Shown piece after piece: positions 36,601 to 50,056 of a stretch of 64,000 bases of DNA. Made by a program: the position numbers and the translations under genes. Source of the stretch: Azolla caroliniana (taxonomy: Eukaryota > Plantae > Polypodiophyta); NCBI GenBank assembly GCA_043228905.1, contig JBHGNT010000001.1:18042001-18106000 (forward strand). The letters run 5' to 3'. The notes under the pieces were generated by a model. The model had not been told where the DNA came from, did no database searches, and saw only the letters and a program-made list of their open reading frames with translations. Positions within the stretch are counted from its first letter, which is position 1; each line of letters opens with the position of its first letter.

Positions 36601-39058
36601 ACCGAATCGACTACGACGAGACCTTCGCTCCTGTGGCGAAGATGACGACGGTTCGTGTGGTACTGGCGGTTGCTGCGGCAAGGGGGTGGCATCTTCACCA
36701 GATGGATGTGAAGAACGTCTTCCTTCAAGGCGAGCTTGAAGAAGAAGTCTTTATGACTCAGCCCCCCCGGATTTCAATCGGAGATGAACAAGTCGGCGGT
36801 ATGCCGACTGAAGAAGTCGCTTTACGGCTTGAAGCAAGCCCCCCGAGCTTGGAACGCGAAGATCACGCACCGGTTGCGTAAGCTGGGGTTTGCTGTCTCT
36901 AAGTCGGACTCTTCGTTGTTCATCCGGCAAGGCTCTGACGGTCCGGTATGTATACTCTTGTATGTGGATGATTTAGTCATCACCGGACCGGGTCTTCCCG
37001 AAATCAACCGCGTCAAGTCCCAGTTGTCGGACGCATTCGAAATGAAGGAACTGGGGGACCTTCATTATTTTCTTGGGATCGAAGTAATCCGGACCCCCGA
37101 CGGCATATTGCTCTCACAATGACATTACGTGTTGAATATGCTGTATAAGTTCGGCATGACGGATTGCCGACCTGTCTCCACACCCCTGGACCGGAACCAG
37201 AAGCTCCGTCCCACCTCCGGACCGGCCTGCAATGAGAAATGGTTCTGACAGGTTGTCGGAAGCCTGATCTACTTAACCATCACTCGACCCGACATGAGCT
37301 ATCCGGTCGGCATTGTAAGTCAGTTCATGCAGAACCCGACCGTGGAGCACCTTCAGTGCGCGCAACGAATATTACGGTATGTCAGCGGCAGTAAGGACCG
37401 GGGACTGCTATACCGACGAGGTATACCCGAAGAGCTTGTCGGTTACATAGATGCTGACTGGGCCGACGATGCATCTGATCGCCGCTCCACTTCCGGATAC
37501 ATGTTCTCCATAGGTAGCGATGCCGTTGCGTGGAGCAGCAAGAAGCAGCCCACAGTGGCTTTGTCAAGCACTGAGGCTGAGTACCGGGCCGCTACCGTTG
37601 CCACTTGTGAAGCCATTTGGCTTCGGCGACTACTGCGAGACTTGCGGATCGAGGTACCGACCCCGATCCCGATTTACTGCGATAACATGAGCAGCCTGCA
37701 GCTCGCCAGGAACCCTGTGTTCCATGCTCGCACAAAGCACATCGAGGTGCACTACCACTTCGTGCGTGAGCGGGTCCTGAGCAGTGAAGTTGACCTATGG
37801 TATGTTCATACGGATTGGCAAGTTGCCGACATCTTCACCAAGCCGCTCGGATCGGACAAGTTGCAGCACTTTACCGACATGCATGGTATTCAGCATCTCG
37901 ACGTGCCGCACTTGAGGGGGAGAAGCAAGGGCAAAGTCTCTACCGAAACGGGCAAAGGCCAAGAAACTATTGAACCCGTCGGTAAGAGGAGAGCCGGAAG
38001 AAGAGGAGACAAGAAGCTGAAGGAAGCCGAGTCGACGAAGGAAGTCGACACATCCGAACAGGTCGGAGCAAGCGGCCGTGAAGAAGAGTTGTGCACTCAG
38101 GAAGAGAAGTGCATGCTATGCGGAGGACATCACAACGGTACTGACCATGATGCAGAGTCGAATGAAGAATTCGATTTCGGTTCACCGGCTGAAGAAGCCG
38201 AGGGAAGCATGGAGAAGGCCAAGACTCGGAAGTGGTCCGATGTGGTGAGAGGCCTGAAGCCAGAAGTCGAATCGGAGTGTACCGATTCGGACAAGAGCTG
38301 GAACGAGTCGGAGACAGCTGACTCGGATCAACAGATGGATCCGGATGAGTCGGATCGACTGAAGGCCAAGGGGACACGGACACAACGGAAGTCGATGCCA
38401 TCGTGGGAGAACCGACGGATCGGCAAGCACCGGAGTCACAACAACGTGACTTCTGAGATGGGCCTATTGAGCAGAAATGCCGACCGAGAGGGTCGAGGCG
38501 CGCAGAACCAAAGGGGTCGCGGCAAACGAGACCGGACCGGACGAGGAGCGCGAGCAAGGCGGAGTGACGCCAGGAGAAGTCGGTTGGAAGAACCGACTGC
38601 CACAGAGGTCGACACTACGACCCTACCTCAGGTTGAGCTTGAGGGGGAGTGTTGAGCGGCAAGCTCAACCGGAGCCGGATCGGCTGAATAAGCCGGAGCC
38701 GGTAAGCGAGACGGATCGGGCGAAACGGATCGGTATTACGGTGAGCAACCGAACCGGCAAGTAGTGGAGGCCGGGTGCAATCCGTAACCAGAAGTCCAAT
38801 CGGAAGCCTAGTATAGGATAGACTACTAGGTAGCTATAGTCTCGTAGTAAGTGTCAGATGCTCGTGTGAGCATTGAAGTACATGGTACTTTTGTCAGTCC
38901 CAAAAGGACTTGTATAAATAGTGCTACTTAGCACAGTGTGTGTACAGAGTCTTGATATAATTTTGAAATTGTGTTCTGCTCTCTCTGTCTCTCTCACTCT
39001 CACTCTCTCTCTCTATGTTGTTCTCTATTTTACGCTTCCGCAAACACTTACGTTTACA
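33695..39058 (+). mobile_element. Ty1/copia element 'C', 5'-truncated (gag end, PR, INT, RT, RH, extension, 3' LTR 38650-39058)
   Basis: CWYCGKKGH knuckle, WYVDSGASNHM, IHSDVWGP, LRSDGGKEY, PEQNGVAERKNR and RT/RH motifs. PPT at 38641-38649. LTR runs TGTTGAGC...TTTACA. Confidence 0.95.
33896..34314 (+). repeat. Gypsy-type LTR (TGTTA...TAACA) inserted in the gag of copia C, with a few bases of PBS
   Basis: Homologous to the reverse LTR at 4740-5236 (GGACGGACGGAC, GGTATGCCA, TCTTACGCGTGT, CACCCTTTGGTGAA, TGTTAGG.CTTGTCC). Followed by CAGTTTTGGCGA. No TSD. Confidence 0.8.
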
Positions 39059-40535
39059 ATACACATACCAAGAATATGTTTTGCGTCTCCCAAATCCTTC
39101 ATGTCAAAAGTCTGACTCAAGTGTTTCTTCAACAAAGCATATCATCAACATAGAGTATCAACATAATAGAACTCTCATCTGAACATTTTTCGTATAAAGA
39201 CAAAGATCCTCATTGCTTTTAGCGCACCCCTGCGTCTTCATAAAAGCATCAAACTTTTGGTACCACAATCTTGGGGATTTGCTTAAGCCCATACAAGCTC
39301 TTCTTGAGTTTACATACCAAGTGTTCTTTGCCGAAGACTTCATAACCTTCTGGTTGTTCCATATAGATCTCCTCATTAAGATCCCCATGCAAGAAAGCCG
39401 TCTTTACATCCATTTGGACTAATTCTAAGTCATGATTTGTAGCTAAGGCAAGCAACATACACAATGTAGTCATCTTAACTACAAGAGAGAAAATTTCATC
39501 AAAGTCAATTCCTAGTTCTTTCTTGAAACCTTTTACCAAATGCGCTTTGTACTTTGGAGAAGTCCTATCAGATGTATATTTATATTTGTAGACCCACTTG
39601 CATGGTAATGCTTTCCTATCCTTTGGCAAAGGTACTAAATCCCAAGTACCATTTTTATGAATACTATCCAATTCACTTTGCATGGAATGCTCCCATTTAG
39701 CATGATCAGTAGCCAACATGGCTTCTTTATAGCAAGAGGGTTCACCTGCATCCGTTAACATCACATAGTCTGTGAGCTTAACATAAGGCCTAGAGACACG
39801 AGTAGATCATCTCACTGGTTGCTGAACCGAAGTTGGAATGTTTTAAGGTTGTACACATGCATCATCATTTTGAACATTCTCATATGGGAAAACATTTGTA
39901 GGACTATTCGGCATAGGTGTGGGATTATTCTTTTGCACACTAATAGAGGGTGTAACATCTTGAAACATCACTTTCCTCACTTCCACTTCCTTAATTGGCT
40001 GCTTATGCATAATCTTTTCATTGAAAACTGTTGAGAGACAAGCTCAACATCGGCAGGATCGGCTGAGCAAGCCGAGGACCGGATCGGTTGGGACCGATCG
40101 GTTTGAAACCGGTACGCAGACCGGTGCGTAGGACGGCCGGGTCGGTGTGGAAACCGGGAGGCCATCGGAAAGATATTCCACAAGGAATATATTTGGGAGT
40201 TAGTGTCGGGGCTCGTCAATGAGCATTGAAGTACTGTCAGTACTTCTGTCAGTCCGAAAAGCAATTGTATAAAAGTGTTGATTGAACACACACAATGTAC
40301 AGATCGAGTATTATTTTTGAATTAAGTTCTTGTGTTTACTCTCTCTTTGTCTCTCCCGTGCGTACTATGCAAACCTAAGCTTTCCATTAAACCTGCGTTT
40401 TCTGTTGTTCGGTTTCCTATATTGCTTCTGCACGCCATTCTTTTCATGGTATTAGAGCGCGAGGGTTGAGAACCTCTGCAGTCGACTTTGCTTGAAGGAA
40501 AAACCAACGAAGAAGAACAAGAAAACCGATGGACA

Positions 40536-41146
40536 TGATAGGAACTGCACGCTCCCTATACGCAACGCTCGGCCACAACCGAGCTTAGAATCATACACAG
40601 AAACGGGAAATAATGAACGACACGAAGAAGAGACGAGTACGCAGGATGTTTACGTGGAAAACCCAAACTAAGGGAAAAACCACGGCAGCCCACAGGCTGC
40701 AAACTATCACTATGCTAGAATGTAAAACAGTGAGTTCACGGAGGCAACGACCTCTTTCTCTCTCTCTCTCTCTCTTTGTACACAGTTCCGCGCTCTCTCT
40801 CTCCTTGCACCAACAAAAATAACAACAACTGACTAAAAGTTTGCCTTAAGTCATATTTATACTAATATGACTTTTCGACTATTTACAAATATAGCCATGA
40901 TGGACTCTCAGAAACATATTTACAAATATGTCTCTTCATCTGGTGAGCACTCCTCACCGGGTTTGCACCATCCGGCTCTCCGTAGTCGGGTACTCCTCAT
41001 CCGGTTCTCACCGGGCCTGCACCATCCGGCTCTCCGTAGCCGGGTACTCGTCATACGGTTTCGGCCTCGGCCTATCGACCTCTGCCGAGTTTGTTCATCA
41101 ACACTGTTCTTCTCCCTTCCCATCCGGAGGGACCTGTCTCCCAACA
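40536..41146 (-). repeat. Solo LTR (family of element D) inserted just after the gag start codon of B
   Basis: TG...CA ends and a near-TSD GGACA/AGACA. Removing it restores MDRGMATSLPTEKLDRTNYASWSYKMH. Homologous to the LTR starting at 54808. Confidence 0.85.
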
Positions 41147-41391
41147 AGACAGAGGAATGGCTACCTCGCTTCCGACGGAGAAGCTCGATAGAACCAACTA
41201 CGCATCTTGGTCCTACAAGATGCACTAGTACCTGCTCAGACACAGTTACTAGAGCTATGTCGATGGAGCAAATGACATAGCACCCGATTCGACACACAAA
41301 GACTTCCCGGCGTGGGAACAATCGACGAGCAAATTGCTGTATTGTTTCGCGTCTTGTGTGGGCGAACAACTATTAAGCTATGTTCGGGATG

Positions 41392-41812
41392 TGTAAAAAG
41401 TAACATGCAGAAGAAAGTATGAAGACCGAATAGAAGGAAGAAAACTCAGGTTTAATGGAGAGCTTGAGCTTACGCAGTATACGCGGGAGAGACAGAGAGA
41501 GTGAGAGAGAGAGGAAAAATAAGAACTATATTCAAAAAAGGTACTCAATCTCTATTCACCACACTCTATACATATGTGTGTTCAATGAACACTTTTATAC
41601 AAGTCCTAGAAGGACTGACCGAAGTACTGACCCAAATATATTCCTCACGGAATATCTTTCCTAACGGCCTCCCGGTTTACGCACCGATCCGGCCCTACCT
41701 ACACACCGGTCTGCATACCGGTTTACGCATTCGGCCTAACCGATCGGTCCCAACTGATCCAGTCCTCGGCTTCTTCAGCCGATCCGGCCGATGTTGAGCT
41801 TGTCTCTCAATA
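41392..41812 (-). repeat. Solo LTR of the copia A subfamily in the gag of B, TSD GGATG
   Basis: Reverse complement of LTR 2200-2602. GGATG at 41387-41391 and 41813-41817. Removing it restores YVRDAKTSRGAWENLKKIF. Confidence 0.93.
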
Positions 41813-44800
41813 GGATGCAAAAACGTCCAGGGGTGCATGGGAAAATCTGAAGAAGATCTTCGCCGCGAGCACCACAACCAGGAAGCTTCAACTCCGACAG
41901 GAGTTGAGCAACCTACGACAACGCAATTTGTCGATGGCTGACTATACCTCGAAGATCAAGGACATATGCGACTCCTTAGCTTCCATCAATGTGAACATCG
42001 AGAAAAACGAGATGGTCCAGATCCGTCTCGGGGGTTTGGCGTCAAAGTTCGGAGCGTTCCGAATTGCTGTGTGTACACAGGAGAATACGCCGTCGTTTTT
42101 CGACTTACAATCGATGCTCCTTATAGAGGAGAACCACGTGGGTGCGTCGACATGCATGCATGCCGACAACAAGATGTTGTACACGGAGGGAGAGAGGCCC
42201 CGTGGTTGTGGCGGTTGGGGCGAGTCGGTACACAATGGAGGCGGCCGACGGGATCAAGGAAGAAGGCACCGAAGTGATGCCGACAGCAATTCCGGACCCT
42301 CCGGAAACAGGGGGAGTCGAGGCGACGAGAACCGGCAAGGGAAATCCGCCACGGAATGTTGGTACTGTGGCAAGAAAGGCCACAGGCAAAGCGAGTGCTA
42401 GAAAAAACTCACCGATTCGGAGAGAACCGGGTCCGGAACAAAGGAAATCGGCAACAATCACACTATGCCGAAGGATCCGGAGAAGCCGGAAACGGGTTAG
42501 TCTTCGTGACGAGACACGAAGCAAACTCAATGAAGAAGATCACCCCAAAGTCGGAGGAGGTGTGGTATGTCGACTCCAGCGCGTCAAACCGCATGACGTG
42601 CCACGAGGAGTGGTTCTCATACCTTGAGAAACCGATGCAACCAGGAGTAGTTGCAACCGGGGATGACACTCCGCATCCAATCGCGAATGTCGGTGACATT
42701 CCCTTGAGCCATGTCGGGCAGAAAGGGAAATTTATGAACGTGTTACACGTCCCGACAATCACGAAGAATCTGGTGTCGGTTGGGCAGATCGTCGACCATG
42801 GGATGCAAGTTTGGTTTACACACCTTAGATGCTTCATTGAGGAAGAAGGCTGAGTTATTGCGCAAGGGCGCAAAGACGGGAGGATGTTTATCCTCGACTC
42901 TAGTGACGGTGGCACCGCAATGTTCACGAAAGGACAAAAAGTCGAGTCGGACATCGACTTATGGCACAAGCAGATAGGCCACGTCAACTATAAACGGCTT
43001 CAGGACCTGCAATCGAAACATGTGGTGTTTGGTTTGCCCAAATTTAGGGGCCGGAAGGCATAAATTTGTGAAGCCTGCCAGCTTGGGAAGCAACACCGAC
43101 TTCCCTTCCCCAACGAGCGTAATCGGAGCCGGAACAAACTCGACTTGATACACTCCGATGTGTGCGGGCCGGCACAAAACGTTAGTCTTGGCGGGAGCCG
43201 ATATTTCGTCTCCTTCATCGACGACTACATGCGGCACACGTGGATCTACCTCATTGAGAGGAAGAGCGAAGTCTTCGACTGTTTCCGAAACCTCAAAGGG
43301 TTCGTGGAAATGGAAACAGGAAGGAAGATCAAGTGCCTGCGGTCGGATGGCGGAAAAGAATACTTTTCCGGTCAACTCAACGGTTATCTACAACTAATGG
43401 GAATTCAACGCGAATTCAGTTATAGATACACGCCGGAGCAAAACGGCGTGGTTGAGAGGAAAAATCGGTCGGTTATGGAAGCGGCGTGGGCAATGCTGGA
43501 AGAAAAGAGCTTGCCCAAGTTCTATTGGGCCGAGGCGATACGAACCCCGGTATACATCTAGAACCGGATCGGAGACAAAGTTTGGCGCATGAGCTATATT
43601 TCGGAATGAAGCCGAACTTGCGACACTTACGAGTTTTCGATAGCATTGCGTATGTGCATGTGCGGAAGGAGAAATGGAGGAAGCTGGAGGCAAAGGCCAA
43701 GAAATATATCTTGGTCAGTTACTCGGACGAGCAGAAGGGTTATAAGTGTTATCACCCGCGCACCAAACAAGCACGCGTGAGCCACGACATTGTGTTTGAC
43801 GAGTCCGCGTCCTAGTACTTGCCTCCGACTCCGGACCTCACCTCCAATCCGAGTTCTGATGATGAGGTCAACGAGGCCGAGATGCCTCCGGATGAGCCTG
43901 AAATCGGGACCCACGAAGAGAGTCCGATTTCGTTTCAGTTAAGTGGACCGAATGGACGACTGAGTCAGTTCGACCAGTCCGATGAAGAGCCGGCGAGTAG
44001 TGGAGACTTGGCCATGCATTCCCCGCGCAGGATGCCGAGGAGATGGCTTACGCGCAAAGAAAATGGGAAGAAGAAGTTGTCGGATTACGGCATGGATAGG
44101 AACAAGTCCGACTCCAAGGGCAGTGGTGATGGGTCTTTAAGAGCGAAGTCCACGTCGGCCGAGAAGACCTCGACATTGGCTAATGAGCAATTACGCTGAT
44201 CTGCCCACCAGAAGAACCTAGTTGTGCGGTTCGGATACAATGAGTATATGGCGCATCATTATGCGTACATGACCCGTGTAGCGGAAGTGCGTGAGCCGGA
44301 GAGCTACGCAAAAGCAGCTAAGGACGTGAATTGGCGCGCCACGATGGAGGAAGAGATGCACACATTGGCGGAAAACGAGATCTGGGAGCTGGTTGACACA
44401 CCAAAGGGTGTGAAGTGGGTCAAATGTAGGTGGGTGTACAAGGTCAAGTACAACACTGACGGCTCGGTCAACCGATACAAGGCCCGGTTGGTGGCAAAAG
44501 GCTACGCACAGAAACACGGCATCGACTACGATGAGACGTTTGCGCCTGTCGCGAAGATGACGATTGTCCATGTTTTGCCCACGGTAGCTACGGCAAAGGG
44601 GTGGCACTTACATTAGATGGATTTCACTCCGGAATGAACACGTCGGTAGTGTCCCGATTGAAGAAGTCCCTTTACGGACTGAAGTAAGCCCCACGTGCCT
44701 GGAACGCGAAGATCACGCAGCAACTGCGTCGGATGGGCTTTGCAACGTCAAAATCAGACTCTTCCTTGTTCATCCGGAAAGGTCGAATCGGTCCGGTTAG

Positions 44801-46583
44801 CATTTTACTATATGTTGATGACTTGGTCTTCACCGGCACCGACATAGGTGAAATCGACCACATGAAGCTCCAGCTTGCGGCATCATTCGGCATGAAGGAT
44901 CTGGGGGACCTTCATTACTTCCTCGGGATCGAAGTGATCCACACCCCCGAAGGCATACTGATCAGCCAACGTCATTACGCGTTGAATATGCTCTTCAAAT
45001 TCGGGATGGCAGACTGCAAGTCCATCTCGACTCCTCTGGATAGAACCGTCAAACTTCGCCCCAATTCCGGAAAGGTATGCGACCCGACGAGGTTCTGACA
45101 AATTGTCGGAAGCCTTATCTACTTGACAATCACCCGACCCGATCTCAGTTATCCGGTCGGGGTGATCAGTCATTTCATGGCGCAACCTACCGAGGAGCAC
45201 CTTCAGTGTGCGCAACGCATACTGTGGTACGTAAGCGGCACTAAGGACCGGGGACTGCTATATCGAACCAGTATAACCTCGCAGTTGGTTGGCTACACCG
45301 ATGTTGATTGGGTTGGCAACGCCGTTGATCTCCGATCCACGTCCGGATACACATTCTCTCTTGGGAGTGTTGTGATAGCATGGAGCAGTAAGAAGCAGCC
45401 GACAGTTGCACTGTCGAGCACCGAAGCTGAGTATAGAGGAGCGGCTGTCGCGACATGCGAAGCCATATGGTTGAAGCGGCTACTTAAGGATCTGCAGGTG
45501 GAGTTGTCCGATCCAACGACTATCTACTGCGACAACCTCAACAGCATCCAACTCATCAAGAACCCCATTTTCCACGCCCCAACTAAGCACATTGAGGTGC
45601 ACTACCATTTCGTCCGTGAGCGTGTTCTCTCTAGTGAACTCGAACTTAAGTATGTTCCGACGGATCGGCAGACCACCGACATCTTCACCAAGCCTCTTGG
45701 ACTGGACAGGTTGCGGCAATTCTCGGGTGCGCTTGGGTTGCGTCACCTCGACGTGCTGAACTTGAGGGGGAGAGATGTCCCGAATGACCACGTAAAGGGG
45801 AGAGAAGACCGCGACGCCGACTCGGATGATGAATTGGATTTCGGATCGGCTGAAGAAGCCGAGGGCGGACCCGCGGAAGATTCCGGAAGCGGACATAAGG
45901 GGAGCAGCCAAAAGGAAGAGCCGAAGTCAACCAAGCATGGGGGAGATGACATCGTCAAGGGCGAGAATACCGAAGACGAGTTGGAGACAGCCAACTCGGA
46001 CAAGAGCGAAAACCAATCGGAGATAGCCAAGTCGGTTCGGATGTTTGATTCGGATACACTGAATCAACCGAGGGCCAAGCGGAAAAGAAGGCAACAGGAG
46101 AAGCGCCAACACCACGACAACGAGGGAGCTGTGAAGGGCCGTGGGAGCAGACAAGCCGACCGGAAGGGTCGAAGCGCGCGAAGTCGAACAGGTCGAGGAG
46201 CGCGAGCAAGGCGTGGAGCCAGGAGGAACCGGACCGGTGATGCGGAAGATCCTGAAGAGCCTCAAGTTGAGCTTGAGGGGGAGTGTTGAGAGACAAGCAC
46301 GACATCGGCCGGATTGGCTGAGCAAACCGATTGATTAGGCCGGATCGGTTGGAAACCGGTATGCAGACCGGTGCGTAGGAAGCCCGGATCGGTGCGGAAA
46401 CCGGGAGGCCATCGGAAAGATATTCTGCAAGGAATATATTTGGGAGTTAGTGTAGGCGCTCCTCAATGAGCATTGAAGTACTGTCAGTACTTCTGTCAGT
46501 CCGAAAAGGACTTGTATAAAAGTGTTCATTGAACACACACGATGTATAGATCGAGTATTATTTTTGAATTAAGTTCTTGTGTT

Positions 46584-46620
<37 letters not shown>

Positions 46621-49600
46621 GTGCGTACTATGCAAACCTAAGCTTTCCATTAAACCTGCGTTTTCTGTTGTTCGGTTTCCTATATTGCTTCCGCACGCCA
46701 TTCTTTTCAAAAACCACATCACTACTTTTGACTATAGTGCGCGTTTCGAGGTCCCATAAGTAATATCCAAACTGACCATCTATACCATAGCCAAGAAAAA
46801 TACATTTTCTACTTTTGAAATCTAGTTTCTTCCTTAACTGTTTTGGAACATGAACATATGCTTCACATCCAAACACGGTACGATGATCATAGTGTGTGCT
46901 CTCCACTTGCCATTTCTGTGTTTGATTCTTATAGAAGTGATTTACTACTTGGTTGTGGCAGAGCGATATTCTGTGCATTTCTCTACAAACTGGTATTAGA
47001 GCGAACAACACAGAAAATGGAAGAATCTTATGGCGGCATGTTCAAGCTCACCGGCTCCAACTACTCAGTGTGGAAGTCGAAGATGAGAGACATGCTGGTG
47101 GTTAAAGATCTTTGGTTGCTAGTTCAGTTCGGGGACAAGATCGATGTCACGGTGTGGGAGGTGATGCACATGAAGATGACGGCATACATCCAGTGCTTCA
47201 TCGACATGAGCTTGTACAAAAACTTCAATGAAGAGAGCAAGGCTCATGAACTCTGGGAGAAGATCGACGTCATGTTCCAGAACAAGAATGTCGTTAATCG
47301 GGTTTCGGTATTTCGAAAGCTAGTGAGGCTCTGGTACCAAGACGGCTCTAGTATGGCGGAGCAGATGAATGTCTTCCAGGGGCTGATACACCAAGCAACC
47401 TCGTTGGAAGTAGCTCTTGCCGATGAGGTACTTGCTTTAGTCCTGCTCGGTTCCCTCCCGGATAGCTCAGAGACGTTAGTTGTCACATTGGGCAACACTG
47501 GGCTGAAAGGAAAACAATTATCCCTAGCAAGGGTCAAGTTGAGCTTGCTTGATGAGGAGGCGTGTCGGAAAGACAAGGAGGTGATCTATGACGCCAAAGC
47601 CCTCCTGACTAAATCAGGACGCGGAAGACAAAGGAATTGGAGTCCCCAGAATCGGGAAAAGTCGGGGACACGGTCAAAGTCAAGGGGGAGGCCCACTTGC
47701 TTCTATTGCGGCAAGCTTGGGCACATCCAAAAGAACTGTCGGCATTTCTGAGAAGACAAGGGAACCAACAGTACCGATTTGAAGAAGTCACTGGACCGAA
47801 ACGGTTCGGATCGGCGAGACCCGGACCGGAATGGAACTATGGTGATCGTGACAAGTGAAGAAGAACTAATGCTCATCATTGAGGAGAGCGAGTTGAACCT
47901 TGCCGTCAACGAGACAACATGGGTTGTCGATTCCAGAGCGTCGTTGCACCTTACCCCGGACTGGAAATGCTTCTCATCCTACATAGCCGGTGAGCACGAC
48001 AGAATGTCTGGATCGGGAATGACGACATCAACCGGATGCAAGTTGCTACTGAAGGATGTTCGACACGTTCCGGAGGTTCAAATGAACCTGATATTAGTTG
48101 GTCGGCTAGATGATGAAGGCTACACAAGTAGCATCCGGAACGGTGTCATGAAGTTCTACAAAGGGAGCTTGATAGTGGCTCGAGCCTGGAAGGTCAGCAC
48201 ATTGTACTTGATGAATGCCTGGGTATGCCGAGAAGAAGTGAATGCAACATCCGACACTGCCAGTGAGCTGTGGCACAAAAGACTGTGTCACATGAGTGAG
48301 AAGGGGATGAAGAGGCTTGTCGAAGACAACCTCATTCTGGTGAAGGACGTGCAACTTGAGAAGTGCACCGACTGCCTGGCCGGCAAGCAAAACCGCACCT
48401 CCTTCCGGTCAAGACTATCGATGAGACGGAATGCACCACTGGAGCTGGTGCATACCGATGTGTGTCAAGTCGACACAAAATCACATGCTGGATCGCAGTA
48501 CTTCGTAACATTCATAGACGACCACAACTGGAAGTTGTGGGTCTCACCGTTCAAGACGAAGGACCAAGTGTTATCCATCTTCAAGGAGCTCCACGTGAGA
48601 GTGGAAAGAGAAACCGGCCGGAAGCTGAAGGCGGTTCGAGCAGACAACATAGGAGAATACTGGGGGGAGTTCGTGGAGTACTGCCGATCGAAGGGAATCC
48701 GGCTTGAGTTTACTGTGCCGAAGACGCCAGAACTAAATGGGCTGGCTGAAAGGATGAACTGGACTATAATGGAGAGAGTCTGGAGCATGCTTGCACATGC
48801 CAAGTTACCCAAGATGTTTTGGGTTGAGGCGCTGACGACGGCGACCTATGTGATAAACAGATCACCCTCAGTACCCTTGGGAGGAGACTTACCTCAGAAA
48901 GTATGGACCGGTAAGGATGTGTCTTACCGGTATCTGAAGGTGTTCGGGTGTCTCGCATACGTGCATGTGGCGAAGGACAAGAGAGCAAAGCTTGATCCGA
49001 AGTCCCGACCATGCATATTCCTTGGATATGACGATGATGAGTTCGGTTACCGCATGTGGGATCTGGTCGACAAAAAGGTGTTCTGGAGTCGGGACATAGT
49101 GTTCATGGAAGACAGGACCATTTCCGACTGGGAGTCGGAGAAGAAGGTAATGAACTCCAGATCATCCATTGAAAACCGGCTTGATTACAAAAGGATATAC
49201 CCAATTGAAAACCGGATGTTAACCGGTAACCGGATGACACTCGACGAACCAGCTAGATTCAGACAAGAAACCGAACCAACCGAAGAAGAAGAAGAAGAAG
49301 ACACTGGAACCGGACAAGATCCCGAATTGGATTCGGATTCGGAACAGACGGAGGAACCGGCAGTCAGAAACCAAGGATGGAGATATCCTCTTCGAGAGAG
49401 AAGAACCCCTCGAAGATTTCCGGATGCAGAGCATGTGTTGCTAACCGATGAGGGGGAGCCGGAAAGCTTTGAAGAAACAAGGGGGGACACCCACAACCGC
49501 AAGTGGTTGAGTGACATGTAGGACGAGATGGATTCCTTGCATGAGAACCACAGATACGAATTGGTGGAGTTGCCGAAAGGAAAGAGGGCACTCCGGAACA

Positions 49601-50056
49601 AGTGGGTGTACAAGCTAAAACCGGGAGATGCCGGAAATCCACCAAGTTATAAGGCCCGAATCATGGTGAAGGGTTTCCAACAGAAGAAAGGAGTGGACTT
49701 CGATGAGATCTTTGCCCCAGTAGTAAAGATGACATCCATCAGGACGGTATTGGGCATAACAGCAAGCATGGACCTCGAGGTAGAGCAGCTGGATGTCAAG
49801 ATGGCATTGCTACACAGAGACCTCGAAGAAGAGATCTACATGCATCAACTGGAAGGATTTGAGAAGAAAGGGAAGGAGCACCTAGTGTGTAGGCTGAAGA
49901 AGAGCTTATATAGACTAAAGCAAGCTCCCCGACAATGGTACCGGAAGTTCGACTCCTTCATGACCGACCAAGGGTACCACAAGACGCAAGCCGATCACTG
50001 CGTGTTTGTGAAGAAATTTGACGGAGGAGACTTCATGATACTCCTCCTATATGTCG

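Larger units (their letters stand above)
40029..46709 (+). mobile_element. Full-length Ty1/copia element 'B' (degenerate), LTRs 40029-40446 and 46284-46709, TSD AAAAC
   Basis: TSD AAAAC at 40024-40028 and 46710-46714. PBS TGGTATTAGAGC (tRNA-iMet type) at 40447-40458. gag ATG at 40529. gag-PR-INT-RT-RH order with many stops. PPT before 46284. Confidence 0.97.
39059..46880 (-). mobile_element. Older reverse-oriented copia 'E' (INT end and RT at 39059-40028 and 46710-46880), split by element B
   Basis: VFGCEAYVHVPK..RKKLD.KSRKCIFLGYG..SSDVVF (46710-46880) continues as NEKIMHKQP at 40028. RT motifs QMDVKTAFLHGDL and KKSLYGLKQ lie in ORF 39249-39764. Confidence 0.9.
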
